Below are positions 8,193 through 17,253 of a stretch of 32,000 nt of DNA, in pieces. Below the pieces are notes generated by a model. The model did not search any database and had not been told where the DNA came from. It saw only the letters and a program-made list of their open reading frames with translations. Origin of the DNA: Pyrolobus fumarii 1A (GTDB lineage: Archaea > Thermoproteota > Thermoprotei_A > Sulfolobales > Pyrodictiaceae); assembly GCF_000223395.1 (NCBI RefSeq), contig NC_015931.1, forward strand, positions 1,740,001-1,772,000, written 5' to 3'. How positions within the stretch are numbered: position 1 is the first letter of the stretch; the number at the start of each line of letters is the position of its first letter. Position numbers and translations under genes: made by a program.

Positions 8193-9551
8193 CCCTATAC
8201 TCGCTGCTACGATTCTCGTGTCGGTTTCTAGCTTGGGGGCGTCGCCAGTGGCGAAGAGCCTCCAGCCTAGCATCATGTAGTAGTAGGCGGCTATTGCCAT
8301 GTTAAGCACGAATATGATTGCGAGTGCTAAATCTACGCTTGCCACACCGTAGAGTATGTAGAGCTTGCCCCAGAAGCCGAGCGACGGTGGCATGCCAACA
8401 AGCACTAGGAGCGCTAACAGCATCGATAGTGCTGCCATCTTGTTGCCTTTATACAGCCCTCTGAGTACCTCGATGCTCCTGACCTCCCACCCGGCCTTCT
8501 CGTATACAGCGTCAAGCACTAGGAAGGCGCTAGTTTTTGCAAGCGAGTATCCGAACACCTGGAGGAAGATACCGGGTACCAGTATACCCTCAAGGCCTGG
8601 CCTGAGGGCTGCAAAGCCCGCTATGATGTAACCGGCTTGACCTATAGCACTGTAGGCCATCACGAGCCTAGCGTCGTTAGCGGCTAGGGCGGCTACGTTA
8701 CCGAGAGTCATTGTAGCCACTGCTAGTATGCCCGCGAGGACGAGGAGTAGGTTAGGGTCGACCCTGGTTATGGTGTATAGCAGTCTGAGGAGGAAGGCCA
8801 CAGCCAGTATCTTTGCCTGGGAGGCGATGACGCTCACCAGGAAGGGCCTAGCATTGCCATAGACGTCGGGCAGCCACATGTGGAATGGTACAACGCCCAT
8901 CTTGAAGCCTATGGCGGCTAGTGGCAGCAGGGTGGCTGCACCAGCAACTATGAGAGGCACGTGTCGAGCCGCGCCGCTCAGGTACACGCTACCGCTTATC
9001 TCGATGTTGAAGCACAGCGCGTATATCAGTAGACTAGTGGCTAGGACGCCTATCGCGGCGTACTTTGCTGCCGCCTCAGCTGAGGTTTCGTTCTTCCACA
9101 GTGCTATTATCACGTAGCTTGATACCGCTGCGAGTATCCACGCAGTATATACGAGCACAAGGCTGCCAGCTAGCGCAATCGCATATACGCCCAGTAGGTT
9201 CAACGCGGTTATAGCATAGAAGGCTGAGCCCGTGTCCCACTTTTCAACCACAGCTATTGCTGCCACGAGATCGATGAGCAGCGTGAGAGATGCAGCGAGT
9301 ACTAGTGCAGCTGCAAAACCGTCCAGTATCATGTTGTTGTCGAATAGCGTGATTGGGCCCTTTTCTATCGCCTCCTTGTAGAGGATAATGGATACTATCA
9401 GGCTGAGTAGCGTCGCCGCTATTGCAGAGTACCTTGCATGGCGCGTGCCGAACAACGGCGATGCTAGTCCAACGTAACCTAGCGCAGCCGTTACGAGTAC
9501 CACCAGCTGCTCGAGTAGCGTATAGGATGGTATGAGCGCCACGGCTACCAC
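8118..9551 (-). CDS. nuoN: NADH-quinone oxidoreductase subunit N (ND2-like antiporter subunit)
   Basis: About 14 TM helices with VPFHMWLPDVYGNA, the NuoN-type motif. GTG 9551 overlaps the nuoL stop (GTGGTAG), suggesting translational coupling. The ORF track start is 9578. Confidence 0.85.
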   Translation of the reverse strand: MVAVALIPSYTLLEQLVVLVTAALGYVGLASPLFGTRHARYSAIAATLLSLIVSIILYKEAIEKGPITLFDNNMILDGFAAALVLAASLTLLIDLVAAIAVVEKWDTGSAFYAITALNLLGVYAIALAGSLVLVYTAWILAAVSSYVIIALWKNETSAEAAAKYAAIGVLATSLLIYALCFNIEISGSVYLSGAARHVPLIVAGAATLLPLAAIGFKMGVVPFHMWLPDVYGNARPFLVSVIASQAKILAVAFLLRLLYTITRVDPNLLLVLAGILAVATMTLGNVAALAANDARLVMAYSAIGQAGYIIAGFAALRPGLEGILVPGIFLQVFGYSLAKTSAFLVLDAVYEKAGWEVRSIEVLRGLYKGNKMAALSMLLALLVLVGMPPSLGFWGKLYILYGVASVDLALAIIFVLNMAIAAYYYMMLGWRLFATGDAPKLETDTRIVAASIGSILAFALGIVYWLFASVYVSATPP

Positions 9552-11623
9552 CCCCCGACCTTCCCGAGGATGTACCAAGCCGCTAGCAGCGCGACTACAA
9601 CAACCCCCACTATGAAAACTGAGAGGTACCTTGAGATATCACCTGTATGCACGCTGCGTAGCCTGGCTGCGGATGCACGTACAAAGCCTGGTATGAATAT
9701 GTGGTAGAGGCCGTCAATGCCCGCCTCCAGACCCCTATGGGAGGCTTCGACGAGTGTCTGGAAGACGCTGGGTACTACGCGGTGGTAGAGGCGGTCGAGG
9801 ACGCCTTTCTCCACGACACTAGCTAGCAGCTTCGATAGGCTGGCGCCCGGGTAGACTATCGTACGGTAGATTATCGGGTTGATCAGCCAACGGTCGTAGA
9901 GGAAATCGTAGAGCGTCTTCAGGGCTCCGCTTACCCGTGGCGGAGTTCCACGCCACACGATGTCATAGAGGACTGCTGTGAGGCCCACCCCAGTGAGGGC
10001 TAGTGATGCGCCAGTCAGCGCTATCTCTGGGTGAAACTCTGGGTGAGCGTGGAGAGCCTCTGCCAGCATATGCTCTAGGCTTGCCCATACAACGCCTAGC
10101 CCTAGGCTGAGGCCTGCTAGTAGCGTGTATGGCACTAGCATGAGCAGGCCTGGCTCGTGACCGTGGCGGTGGCCGCCGAGGTTGAACGCGTAGATTATCA
10201 TCCTCGCGGTGTACACTGCTGTGAGGAATGCTGTGAGGAGCGCAACCGTCCTCATGGCGGGGCCTAGCACCGAGACTACGAGATCCTTGCTCCAGAACCC
10301 GGCGAACATTGGGACACCTGCTAGGCTAGCACCAGCTAGCACCATGGCGGCTGCCGTGACGGGCATTGTGCGCGGGTCGAACCTCATTTCGGTCACGTAT
10401 CTCGTGTGCGCGGCGTGTATCAGTGCACCGGCGATGAGGAAGAGGGCAGCCTTGAACACAGCGTGGCTTATGAGGTGTGCGGTGGCCGCTAGGCTGCCAA
10501 GGGCTGCTGCGCCGGCAAAAGCAGCCGCCATCATGTATCCTAGCTGACTTGCCGTGGAGTAGGCTAGCACTAGCTTCAGCTCCCTAGCGACGAGCGCCAT
10601 CGTGGCTGTCGAGAATGCAGTGAGTAGAGCTAGCCACGCTAGGTTCGTGTAGAGAGGCGTTATCATCTCGCCGAAAGCCTCGTAGAATATTGGGGCGAAG
10701 CGCGCAGCTGCGTACACACCCGCCTTCACCATTGTCGCCGCGTGGATGAGCGCCGAGACCGAGGTTGGACCAGTCATCGCGGTTACGAGCCACTCGTGGA
10801 ATGGGAATTGTGCCGACTTTGCCAGCGCCGCCATGAAGAAGAGTAGTATCGTGAATGGCACTAGACTTGCGCCTATCTTTGCGACTAGCGCGTCATGGAG
10901 CAGCTCCGGGTGTAGCATCCAGGTTGTGATGTCAAGCGTGCCAACCGCATTGTGGATCAGCGCTAGGGCTACGAGGAATGCCGAGTCACCTAGACCCGTG
11001 AACACGAATGCTCTGACAGCGCTGTGTGTTGGCGTGAACCACATCGGGACTCCTAGCCTCCTTCTGCCTGGGTCGCCCACCCAGGCTTCCTCGCGGTCGT
11101 CGAAGTAGTAGCCGATGAGAGCGTAGCTAGCGAGGCCTGTCCCCTCCCAACCGATGAACATCAGTAGCACGTCAGTCGCATAGACTAGTAGCAACATGCT
11201 CGCAACGAAGAAGGTGAAGAAGAACCAGTATCGTGGCGTACCATCCACGCCCATATACTCGTAGCTGTAGATACCGATTAGAAGCGACAGCAGCGCTACC
11301 ACGAAGCCTATCCACGCCGATAACCCGTCGACGAAGGAGCCTACTACCATGAGGCCTGGGATAGCGCCAAGCACGTGTTTAGCTGCGCCGCTCTCCATGT
11401 AGCCTAGTAGCGCGTGTAGAGCTGCTACTAGGGCCCAAGCAAGCCCGGCTATAGATATGGCCGCGGCTATCCTCCTACCACCGCCTAGAGCCGCTGCCAG
11501 CAGCACTAGGCCAGCTGCAATGTAGGTGCCGATCCACGCCATGCTGGCGTATACCGCGGCACCGCCCTCGCTTATCTCGAGAGCCACGTGCGTAGCCATG
11601 ACCGTGGCCTCGGCCCCCGCCAT
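9545..11623 (-). CDS. nuoL: NADH-quinone oxidoreductase subunit L (ND5-like, with long C-terminal extension)
   Basis: 692 aa. Motifs FIGWEGTGLASYALIGYY and FPFHEWLVTAMTGPTSVSALIHAATMVKAGVY are NuoL/ND5 signatures. An SD-like GGGGGTGA lies upstream of the ATG. Confidence 0.9.
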   Translation of the reverse strand: MAGAEATVMATHVALEISEGGAAVYASMAWIGTYIAAGLVLLAAALGGGRRIAAAISIAGLAWALVAALHALLGYMESGAAKHVLGAIPGLMVVGSFVDGLSAWIGFVVALLSLLIGIYSYEYMGVDGTPRYWFFFTFFVASMLLLVYATDVLLMFIGWEGTGLASYALIGYYFDDREEAWVGDPGRRRLGVPMWFTPTHSAVRAFVFTGLGDSAFLVALALIHNAVGTLDITTWMLHPELLHDALVAKIGASLVPFTILLFFMAALAKSAQFPFHEWLVTAMTGPTSVSALIHAATMVKAGVYAAARFAPIFYEAFGEMITPLYTNLAWLALLTAFSTATMALVARELKLVLAYSTASQLGYMMAAAFAGAAALGSLAATAHLISHAVFKAALFLIAGALIHAAHTRYVTEMRFDPRTMPVTAAAMVLAGASLAGVPMFAGFWSKDLVVSVLGPAMRTVALLTAFLTAVYTARMIIYAFNLGGHRHGHEPGLLMLVPYTLLAGLSLGLGVVWASLEHMLAEALHAHPEFHPEIALTGASLALTGVGLTAVLYDIVWRGTPPRVSGALKTLYDFLYDRWLINPIIYRTIVYPGASLSKLLASVVEKGVLDRLYHRVVPSVFQTLVEASHRGLEAGIDGLYHIFIPGFVRASAARLRSVHTGDISRYLSVFIVGVVVVALLAAWYILGKVGGW

Positions 11624-11637
11624 GCCTGCTCACCCCC

Positions 11638-13176
11638 TTACCACGAGGGTGTCACAGCATCGAGCCATGGTAGGGCGAAGAAGCACGCTATACCGACGAG
11701 TGCGACTAGGAGAGTCAAAATGGCCATGCCTAGAGGCTCCTTCTCGTAGCCAGCCCCATCGTGGTGATGCCCGTGGCTTGGCTTGGCGCCTGGCAGCGGT
11801 CCAAGGAATATCTTGCGGAAGGAGACTAGCGAGTATACTGCTGTTAGCGTAGTGCCTACAATGACCGCTATGGCTGCTATCGTGAACATCGTGGAGGGTA
11901 TAACCTCGGTGAAGCCACGTAGAATGAAGTACTTACTCCAGATGCCTATGGTTGGCGGTATGCCCATGAGATGTAGGAAGCCTATGAGGGCGGCTGCTGC
12001 CGTGAGCGGCATGATGCGTGCGAGGCCTCCCATCTTTGACATGCTCCTAGTGTGGACGGCTACTATGAGCACGCCCGCCATCATGAAGAGGGCTGCCTTG
12101 CCGAAAGCGTGAGCAACATAGTGTAGCATAGCGCCTAGGTAGCCGAGCGTGGTTGCCGAGGCAAGGCCTAGCATTAGGTAGCCCATCTGGCTGACGCTGC
12201 TGTACGCTAGGAACCTCTTTACATCGTCTTGTGCCAGTGCAACGAGGCCACCGTACACCATGGTGATTAACGCCCATGTCAGGAGGAGTGGCATGTATCC
12301 TGCGAAGATGTGGGGCGCCGTCTGGGCGGCGAAGCGGAGTATGCCGTAAGCGCCAACGCCGATTAGGTTTGGCGAGAGGAGTGCAGAGAGTGGTGTTGGC
12401 GCCTCGGCGTGCGCATAGGGCAGCCACACGTGGAGGCCAAAGAGTGCCATCTTGATGCCCATGCCTATTATGATCATTGGGAGCGCTACCTCAACGATGT
12501 AGCGCGGTGTTAGGTACTCCCATGTGCCGCTCCTAAGCCCCTCGTCTACCGTGAACACGTTGAATCCATCAGCGCCAGCGTGGTAGCCTGCTAGTAGGAC
12601 GCCCAACAGGTAGAGTGTTGACCCGACGTGCGTCCACACGAGGTAGAGTAGGGCTATCCTTACCCTCTCACCGTAACCATACAGCGCGATTAGCAGAAAG
12701 CTTGGTATGAGCGTCAACTCTAGGAACACGTAGAAGAGTATCGCGTTGCTTGCTAGACCGACGCCGATCAGACCCGCGGCGAAGAGTAGTAAGAGGCTGT
12801 GGTATAGGCTCCAGGCGTCCTCGCCGAGACCCATCTCCTCGAAGCGATGCGCCATGTACCAGTAGCTATAGGCCGCTACTATTGCAGAGACAGCGGCTGA
12901 TGAAAAAGCTACCATGAACCCATAAGAGTCCATGAATAGGCTTAGCTCGCCGAGACCCGGCACTCTAGCGTACAGCGGGTCATAGACTATAGCGTGCCTC
13001 CTAAGCGCCTCGAGGTAGGCAAGTACGAGGAGTACTGCCGAGACTGCAAGCGAGGATGACGAGAGCGTTGTCGTTGCTTTTGCCCCGCGCACAAACAGCA
13101 CTATAACCGCCACGACTATTGGTATGAGTATCGACGCCCAGAGTAGAGGTACCTCCAGCCCAACCACGTTCACCAT
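11638..13176 (-). CDS. nuoM: NADH-quinone oxidoreductase subunit M (ND4-like)
   Basis: 512 aa. Motifs FYVFLELTLIPSFLLI and HVWLPYAHAEAPTPLSALLS are NuoM/ND4 signatures. Confidence 0.85.
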   Translation of the reverse strand: MVNVVGLEVPLLWASILIPIVVAVIVLFVRGAKATTTLSSSSLAVSAVLLVLAYLEALRRHAIVYDPLYARVPGLGELSLFMDSYGFMVAFSSAAVSAIVAAYSYWYMAHRFEEMGLGEDAWSLYHSLLLLFAAGLIGVGLASNAILFYVFLELTLIPSFLLIALYGYGERVRIALLYLVWTHVGSTLYLLGVLLAGYHAGADGFNVFTVDEGLRSGTWEYLTPRYIVEVALPMIIIGMGIKMALFGLHVWLPYAHAEAPTPLSALLSPNLIGVGAYGILRFAAQTAPHIFAGYMPLLLTWALITMVYGGLVALAQDDVKRFLAYSSVSQMGYLMLGLASATTLGYLGAMLHYVAHAFGKAALFMMAGVLIVAVHTRSMSKMGGLARIMPLTAAAALIGFLHLMGIPPTIGIWSKYFILRGFTEVIPSTMFTIAAIAVIVGTTLTAVYSLVSFRKIFLGPLPGAKPSHGHHHDGAGYEKEPLGMAILTLLVALVGIACFFALPWLDAVTPSW

Positions 13177-13179
13177 GTC

Positions 13180-13485
13180 TCACCCCCTGAGCCTCCTCAG
13201 CCTCTCTATCTCAACGCCGCCCTTCTCGTGGAAGAGGAACACTATAATAGCAGCCACCACGCCCACCTCCGCTGCCGTCAGGATAATCGCGAGTAGCACT
13301 AGGATACTGGCATGCAGCGGGTTTGCCGTCGCGGACGCGAGTAGCAACGTAACCAGCGCGGCGTTGAAGAGCAACTCTGCTGATATTAACATCCTCAGCA
13401 CCAGCCTTGAGGACAGTATCCCGTAGACCGCCGAGGCTATCAGTACAAACACGGCTAGCAACACCGGAAGCGTCGAGAGCATCAT
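13180..13485 (-). CDS. nuoK: NADH-quinone oxidoreductase subunit K (ND4L-like)
   Basis: 101 aa with 3 TM helices and a membrane-embedded Glu (LISAELLFNA). ATGA overlap with the nuoJ stop. Confidence 0.8.
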   Translation of the reverse strand: MMLSTLPVLLAVFVLIASAVYGILSSRLVLRMLISAELLFNAALVTLLLASATANPLHASILVLLAIILTAAEVGVVAAIIVFLFHEKGGVEIERLRRLRG

Positions 13486-13970
13486 GGCTCGCTCGACCTC
13501 CGTGCAACTGCAATAGCCTCTATAAGGACTGCTGCCAGTGCGATTAGAGTGATTACAACCGGGTACTCGAAGCGCTCTGAGAGCTCATTGACGAAAACAC
13601 CCAGGTCTATACCCATCCTCTCGACATGTGGTGGCGTGACGAGGAACAGTGGATAGACTAGCACTGCAGCTATTGTAACCGCGAGAAGCGCTAGGAGCGG
13701 GCTGTGCCGTGGAGGCGGCTCCTGCTCAACCTCAACCATGAGCACAGTGAACGCTAGGAATGATACAGCAGCGCCAACGTAGATCAACAGGTGGAAGAGG
13801 CCAAGGTATGTATACCCTAGTATCGTCATGAATGTCGCGATGCCGACGCCAACTACCGAGAGGTAGAACGCAGCATAGATTGTCCTTCTCGACACTACAG
13901 CGCCTATGGCACCTACGACGCTAAACGCTAGAGCCGTGAGTAGAGCCAGATCCACCAGCTGCAGACTCAT
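13482..13970 (-). CDS. nuoJ: NADH-quinone oxidoreductase subunit J (ND6-like)
   Basis: 162 aa, hydrophobic, positioned between nuoI and nuoK. Overlaps the nuoI 3' end by 50 nt. Confidence 0.7.
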   Translation of the reverse strand: MSLQLVDLALLTALAFSVVGAIGAVVSRRTIYAAFYLSVVGVGIATFMTILGYTYLGLFHLLIYVGAAVSFLAFTVLMVEVEQEPPPRHSPLLALLAVTIAAVLVYPLFLVTPPHVERMGIDLGVFVNELSERFEYPVVITLIALAAVLIEAIAVARRSSEP

Positions 13971-14445
13971 ACCTCAAGCCCACCTCTTCATCCACAACCG
14001 AGCGGACAGGCCTACCATGCTTCTCGGCAGCCGGGCGTGGGCGGAAAGAAGCCCACTCCAGGGGGGTCAGCACAGCCTCCTCCAGCTTCTCAAACACCAC
14101 GTCCCCAACGTTAGCATGTTCGAGTGCGCCACCAGGGCATATGTCGACGCAGAAGCCACAGAATATACACCTCGTGTAGTCTATGCCTGGGCGTGGAGTG
14201 CGGAACCCCGGCAACCTGTACATCTTGATAGCCCTGGCTGGGCATATCTGTGCACATAGGCTACAACCAAGACAAACATCCATCTTTAGCACAGGTGGCC
14301 CTCGAAACCCCTCTAGCACCTCATACTCATCGGGATAGCGCAGTGTCAACGGTGGCTTTCTGAGCGCCGCGAAGCCCGTCTTAACAGCTTCTAAGTGGCA
14401 TTTCATTCTCTCACTTAGCTTCACAGCCCAGCCGCCTCCCGTCAC
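13921..14445 (-). CDS. nuoI: NADH-quinone oxidoreductase subunit I (2x[4Fe-4S] ferredoxin)
   Basis: Two CxxCxxCxxxCP motifs: CLGCSLCAQICP and CIFCGFCVDICP. GTG start at 14445. Confidence 0.85.
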   Translation of the reverse strand: MTGGGWAVKLSERMKCHLEAVKTGFAALRKPPLTLRYPDEYEVLEGFRGPPVLKMDVCLGCSLCAQICPARAIKMYRLPGFRTPRPGIDYTRCIFCGFCVDICPGGALEHANVGDVVFEKLEEAVLTPLEWASFRPRPAAEKHGRPVRSVVDEEVGLRYESAAGGSGSTHGSSV

Positions 14446-14464
14446 AACCAGCCCTAACCCGACA

Positions 14465-14476
14465 CTTATCTAAAAC
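14465..14476 (-). promoter_or_regulatory. TATA-like box for nuoI (minus strand GTTTTAGATAAG)
   Basis: AT-rich element centred about 26 nt upstream of the nuoI GTG. This is consistent with a leaderless or short-leader transcript starting at nuoI. Confidence 0.45.
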
Positions 14477-14573
14477 GTGGTGAACCGGTAAACTAGAAGG
14501 TGAACACGCGAGGAGGGTCACACAACCATTATCACTATTACTGTGTTACCATGGCTCCTAATACTGGGGCGCT

Positions 14574-14780
14574 GTGAAGATAGCAAAGAAGGAGAGCAAG
14601 ACCATAGGTGCCTGGACGATTACACTCCTCTACGATGAGGAGGGTAACGTGGTGGCGGCGGAACTATCATCCACGAGGCTCGCAAGACCCATAGTCATAG
14701 CGAAGCGCGAGAAGGTGCATGTGAAGCTGCCTCAGCAGGTGAAGCGCTTCCTCAAGAAACATGGGTTTGAGATCGAGTAG
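14574..14780 (+). CDS. Small basic hypothetical protein (68 aa)
   Basis: GTG-start ORF in an otherwise empty spacer. No family recognised. Its stop codon abuts the 13-bp inverted repeat. Confidence 0.4.
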   Translation: MKIAKKESKTIGAWTITLLYDEEGNVVAAELSSTRLARPIVIAKREKVHVKLPQQVKRFLKKHGFEIE

Positions 14781-14868
14781 CACCCCGCGGGTTCATTGTC
14801 GGGGCTCCAGTCACCCCCTCCTCCGGGTCACTCCAAGCGAAAGGGCTTCCTCACCACCCGCGGGGTGC
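14780..14868. repeat. Perfect 13-bp inverted repeat (GCACCCCGCGGGT / ACCCGCGGGGTGC) around a 63-nt spacer
   Basis: Arms at 14780-14792 and 14856-14868, read directly from the sequence. It lies between convergent genes. Confidence 0.9.
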
Positions 14869-14899
14869 CAATATACACGTCTTCTCTAACGCCGGGTTA

Positions 14900-15220
14900 T
14901 CAGAGGCTCGGCCTTAGACGGATGCTCTCCAAGGCCGCCAGGGCATCGTCAAGCCTGTAAGCCTCTAGACAACCGTTCATCTCGAGCTCTGCCCTCGCAT
15001 GGTCTATCAACTCTATCAGCCTGGCAATCATCTCGTTTACCATCCCTGTGTCCCTCTGACCCCTCTTAACGCTCCCAAGGATGGTTGAGGCTATTGTCCT
15101 AGCCTCGTCCAGAGTCTCTGTGGAGCCGCACGCCAACGCCACCGACTCAAGGACAACCACGACATCCTGCAACGCCCTCGTCAAACTCAATACTCCGCAC
15201 CTCACGTTGCCGCGAAACAC
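14900..15220 (-). CDS. Hypothetical helical protein (106 aa)
   Basis: GTG start at 15220, with a TATA-like CCTATAACC (plus coordinates 15240-15248) about 24 nt upstream. No family recognised. Confidence 0.45.
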   Translation of the reverse strand: MFRGNVRCGVLSLTRALQDVVVVLESVALACGSTETLDEARTIASTILGSVKRGQRDTGMVNEMIARLIELIDHARAELEMNGCLEAYRLDDALAALESIRLRPSL

Positions 15221-15273
15221 ACGGGGCTTATCAATAATCGGTTATAGGAGGGGTCTTCTCAGCTACACATCTT

Positions 15274-15364
15274 GGGCCCCACAACGGCGCCGGTGTCGAT
15301 AAGCGGGCTTACCCGAGCGGATGGTGAGGAGTGCAGCCGTATCTGAGGCGCCGTTGTGGGGCCC
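15274..15364. repeat. Perfect 18-bp inverted repeat (GGGCCCCACAACGGCGCC / GGCGCCGTTGTGGGGCCC) around a 55-nt spacer
   Basis: Arms at 15274-15291 and 15347-15364, read directly. It sits between the two divergent promoters of the 15221-15402 spacer. Confidence 0.9.
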
Positions 15365-15365
15365 C

Positions 15366-15374
15366 TACTAATAG
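15366..15374 (+). promoter_or_regulatory. Candidate TATA box (TACTAATAG) for aIF5B
   Basis: Centred about 33 nt upstream of GTG 15403. It directly follows the right arm of the 18-bp inverted repeat. Confidence 0.35.
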
Positions 15375-15402
15375 GAGGGTTTCTGCGAAGTCTTCCTCTC
15401 GG

Positions 15403-17250
15403 GTGGTGGGTTTGAGCAGCAGCCAGCAGCAGCGTAAGTTACGACAGCCTATCGTGGTTGTGCTGGGTCACGTGGATCACGGTAAGACGACGCTACTTGA
15501 TAAGATCCGTGGCACGACTGTAGCGTTGAAGGAGCCCGGCGCTATAACGCAGCATGTGGGTGCTAGTGTAGTACCGGCTAGTGTGATTGAGAAGCTGGCA
15601 GAGCCTTTGAAGAAGTTCCTACCTCGCTTCAAGCTCATCATACCGGGCCTACTATTCATCGACACGCCTGGCCACGAGGTGTTCAGCAACCTGAGGCGTA
15701 GGGGTGGTAGCGTAGCCGACTTCGCGATACTGGTCGTCGACATCATGGAGGGGTTCCAGCCGCAGACATACGAGGCTATCGAGATACTTAGGCAGAGGAG
15801 GGTCCCCTTCCTCGTCGCGGCTAACAAGATAGACCGTATACCTGGGTGGAAGCCTCACCCGGACCAGCCGTTCCTAATCTCCTATCGCATGCAGAAGCCA
15901 GAGGTGCAACAGAGGCTCGAGGAGCTACTATGGAATATAATCGGTGAGATGTACAAGCTTGGCTTCCGCGCCGACCGCTTCGACAGAATCAAGGACTTCA
16001 CGAAAACTGTAGCTGTGGTGCCCGTCTCCGCGAAGACCGGCGAGGGTATCCCAGAGCTGCTGGCCGTGCTAGCCGGCCTAACCCAGCAGTACCTCCAGAA
16101 GAGGCTCATGTACGCGGAGGGGCCAGCTAAGGGCGTGGTTCTCGAGCTTAGAGAGCAGCCTGGTCTTGGAGTTGTAGCCGACGTGATAATCTACGATGGT
16201 ATACTCCGGAAGGGCGACATTATCGTCACGGGTGGTCTAGAGGGCCCGGTTATAACCAGGGTTCGTAGCCTACTCATGCCAAAGCCTCTCGTAGAGATAC
16301 GCACCGCGAAGAGAGAACTTGAGTCGGTTGACGAGGTTGTAGCAGCGGCTGGTGTTAGAATCGTTGCGCCAGAGCTAGAGAAGGCTGTGGCGGGTGCACC
16401 CATCTTCGTCGCGAGGGACGAGGAGGAAGCTAAGGAGCTGGCAAAGAAGGTGATGGAGGAGATAGAGGCTATCAGGATACGTACTGACAAGGAGGGTGTT
16501 ATCGTAAAGGCGGATACGCTGGGTACCCTCGAGGCACTGGTAGAGGCGCTGAAGAAGCGTGGTATACCAATTAGGGTTGCTGATGTGGGGCCTATCGCGA
16601 AGCGCGATGTGATAGAGGCTGTGGCATCCAAACAGATCAACAAGTACTATGGCGTGATCATCGGGTTCAATGTGAAGGTGTTGCCTGAGGCCGAGGAGGA
16701 GGCGAGAAAACACGGCATTAAGCTATTCGTGCACAACATTATCTACAAGCTGATCGAGGACTTCGAGAAGTGGTACAAGGAGCAGATAGAGGCTGACCGT
16801 AGGAGGGAGTTTGAGAGCCTCGTGAGGCCCGGTAAGATAAGGATACTGCCAGGCTACGTGTTCCGCAGGAGCGACCCGGCTATAGTCGGCGTTGAGGTGC
16901 TGGGTGGCGTGATTAAACCGGGCTATCCGTTGATGAGGGAGGATGGTAAGAGGATCGGTGAGATTATGCAGATCCAGGATAAGGGCAAGTCGATACCCGA
17001 GGCTCGCGCCGGAATGGCTGTGGCTATCTCGATACGCGGTAAGGTTATGATAGGCAGGCAGGTTGATGAGGGCGATGTACTCTACACGGACATCCCGGAG
17101 AAGCACGTCCAACTACTCCTCACCAAGTATCGCTCGTGGCTCAGCAACGACGAGATGGTTGTGCTGAAGGAGATCATAAAGATCAAGAGGAAGCAAAACC
17201 CGCTCTATGGTCTCGTGTTCCCCCAGCAACAGCAGAAGCAGCAGGGCTGA
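15403..17250 (+). CDS. infB: Translation initiation factor aIF5B (IF-2 homologue)
   Basis: G1 GHVDHGKTTLLD, G3 DTPGHE, G4 NKID, then domains II-IV. No intein. The ORF is open from 15331, but that N-terminus runs through the inverted repeat. GTG 15403, GTG 15406 or TTG 15412 give the usual short lead-in to LRQPIVVVLGHVDHGKT. Confidence 0.9.
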   Translation: MVGLSSSQQQRKLRQPIVVVLGHVDHGKTTLLDKIRGTTVALKEPGAITQHVGASVVPASVIEKLAEPLKKFLPRFKLIIPGLLFIDTPGHEVFSNLRRRGGSVADFAILVVDIMEGFQPQTYEAIEILRQRRVPFLVAANKIDRIPGWKPHPDQPFLISYRMQKPEVQQRLEELLWNIIGEMYKLGFRADRFDRIKDFTKTVAVVPVSAKTGEGIPELLAVLAGLTQQYLQKRLMYAEGPAKGVVLELREQPGLGVVADVIIYDGILRKGDIIVTGGLEGPVITRVRSLLMPKPLVEIRTAKRELESVDEVVAAAGVRIVAPELEKAVAGAPIFVARDEEEAKELAKKVMEEIEAIRIRTDKEGVIVKADTLGTLEALVEALKKRGIPIRVADVGPIAKRDVIEAVASKQINKYYGVIIGFNVKVLPEAEEEARKHGIKLFVHNIIYKLIEDFEKWYKEQIEADRRREFESLVRPGKIRILPGYVFRRSDPAIVGVEVLGGVIKPGYPLMREDGKRIGEIMQIQDKGKSIPEARAGMAVAISIRGKVMIGRQVDEGDVLYTDIPEKHVQLLLTKYRSWLSNDEMVVLKEIIKIKRKQNPLYGLVFPQQQQKQQG

Positions 17251-17253
17251 GCC

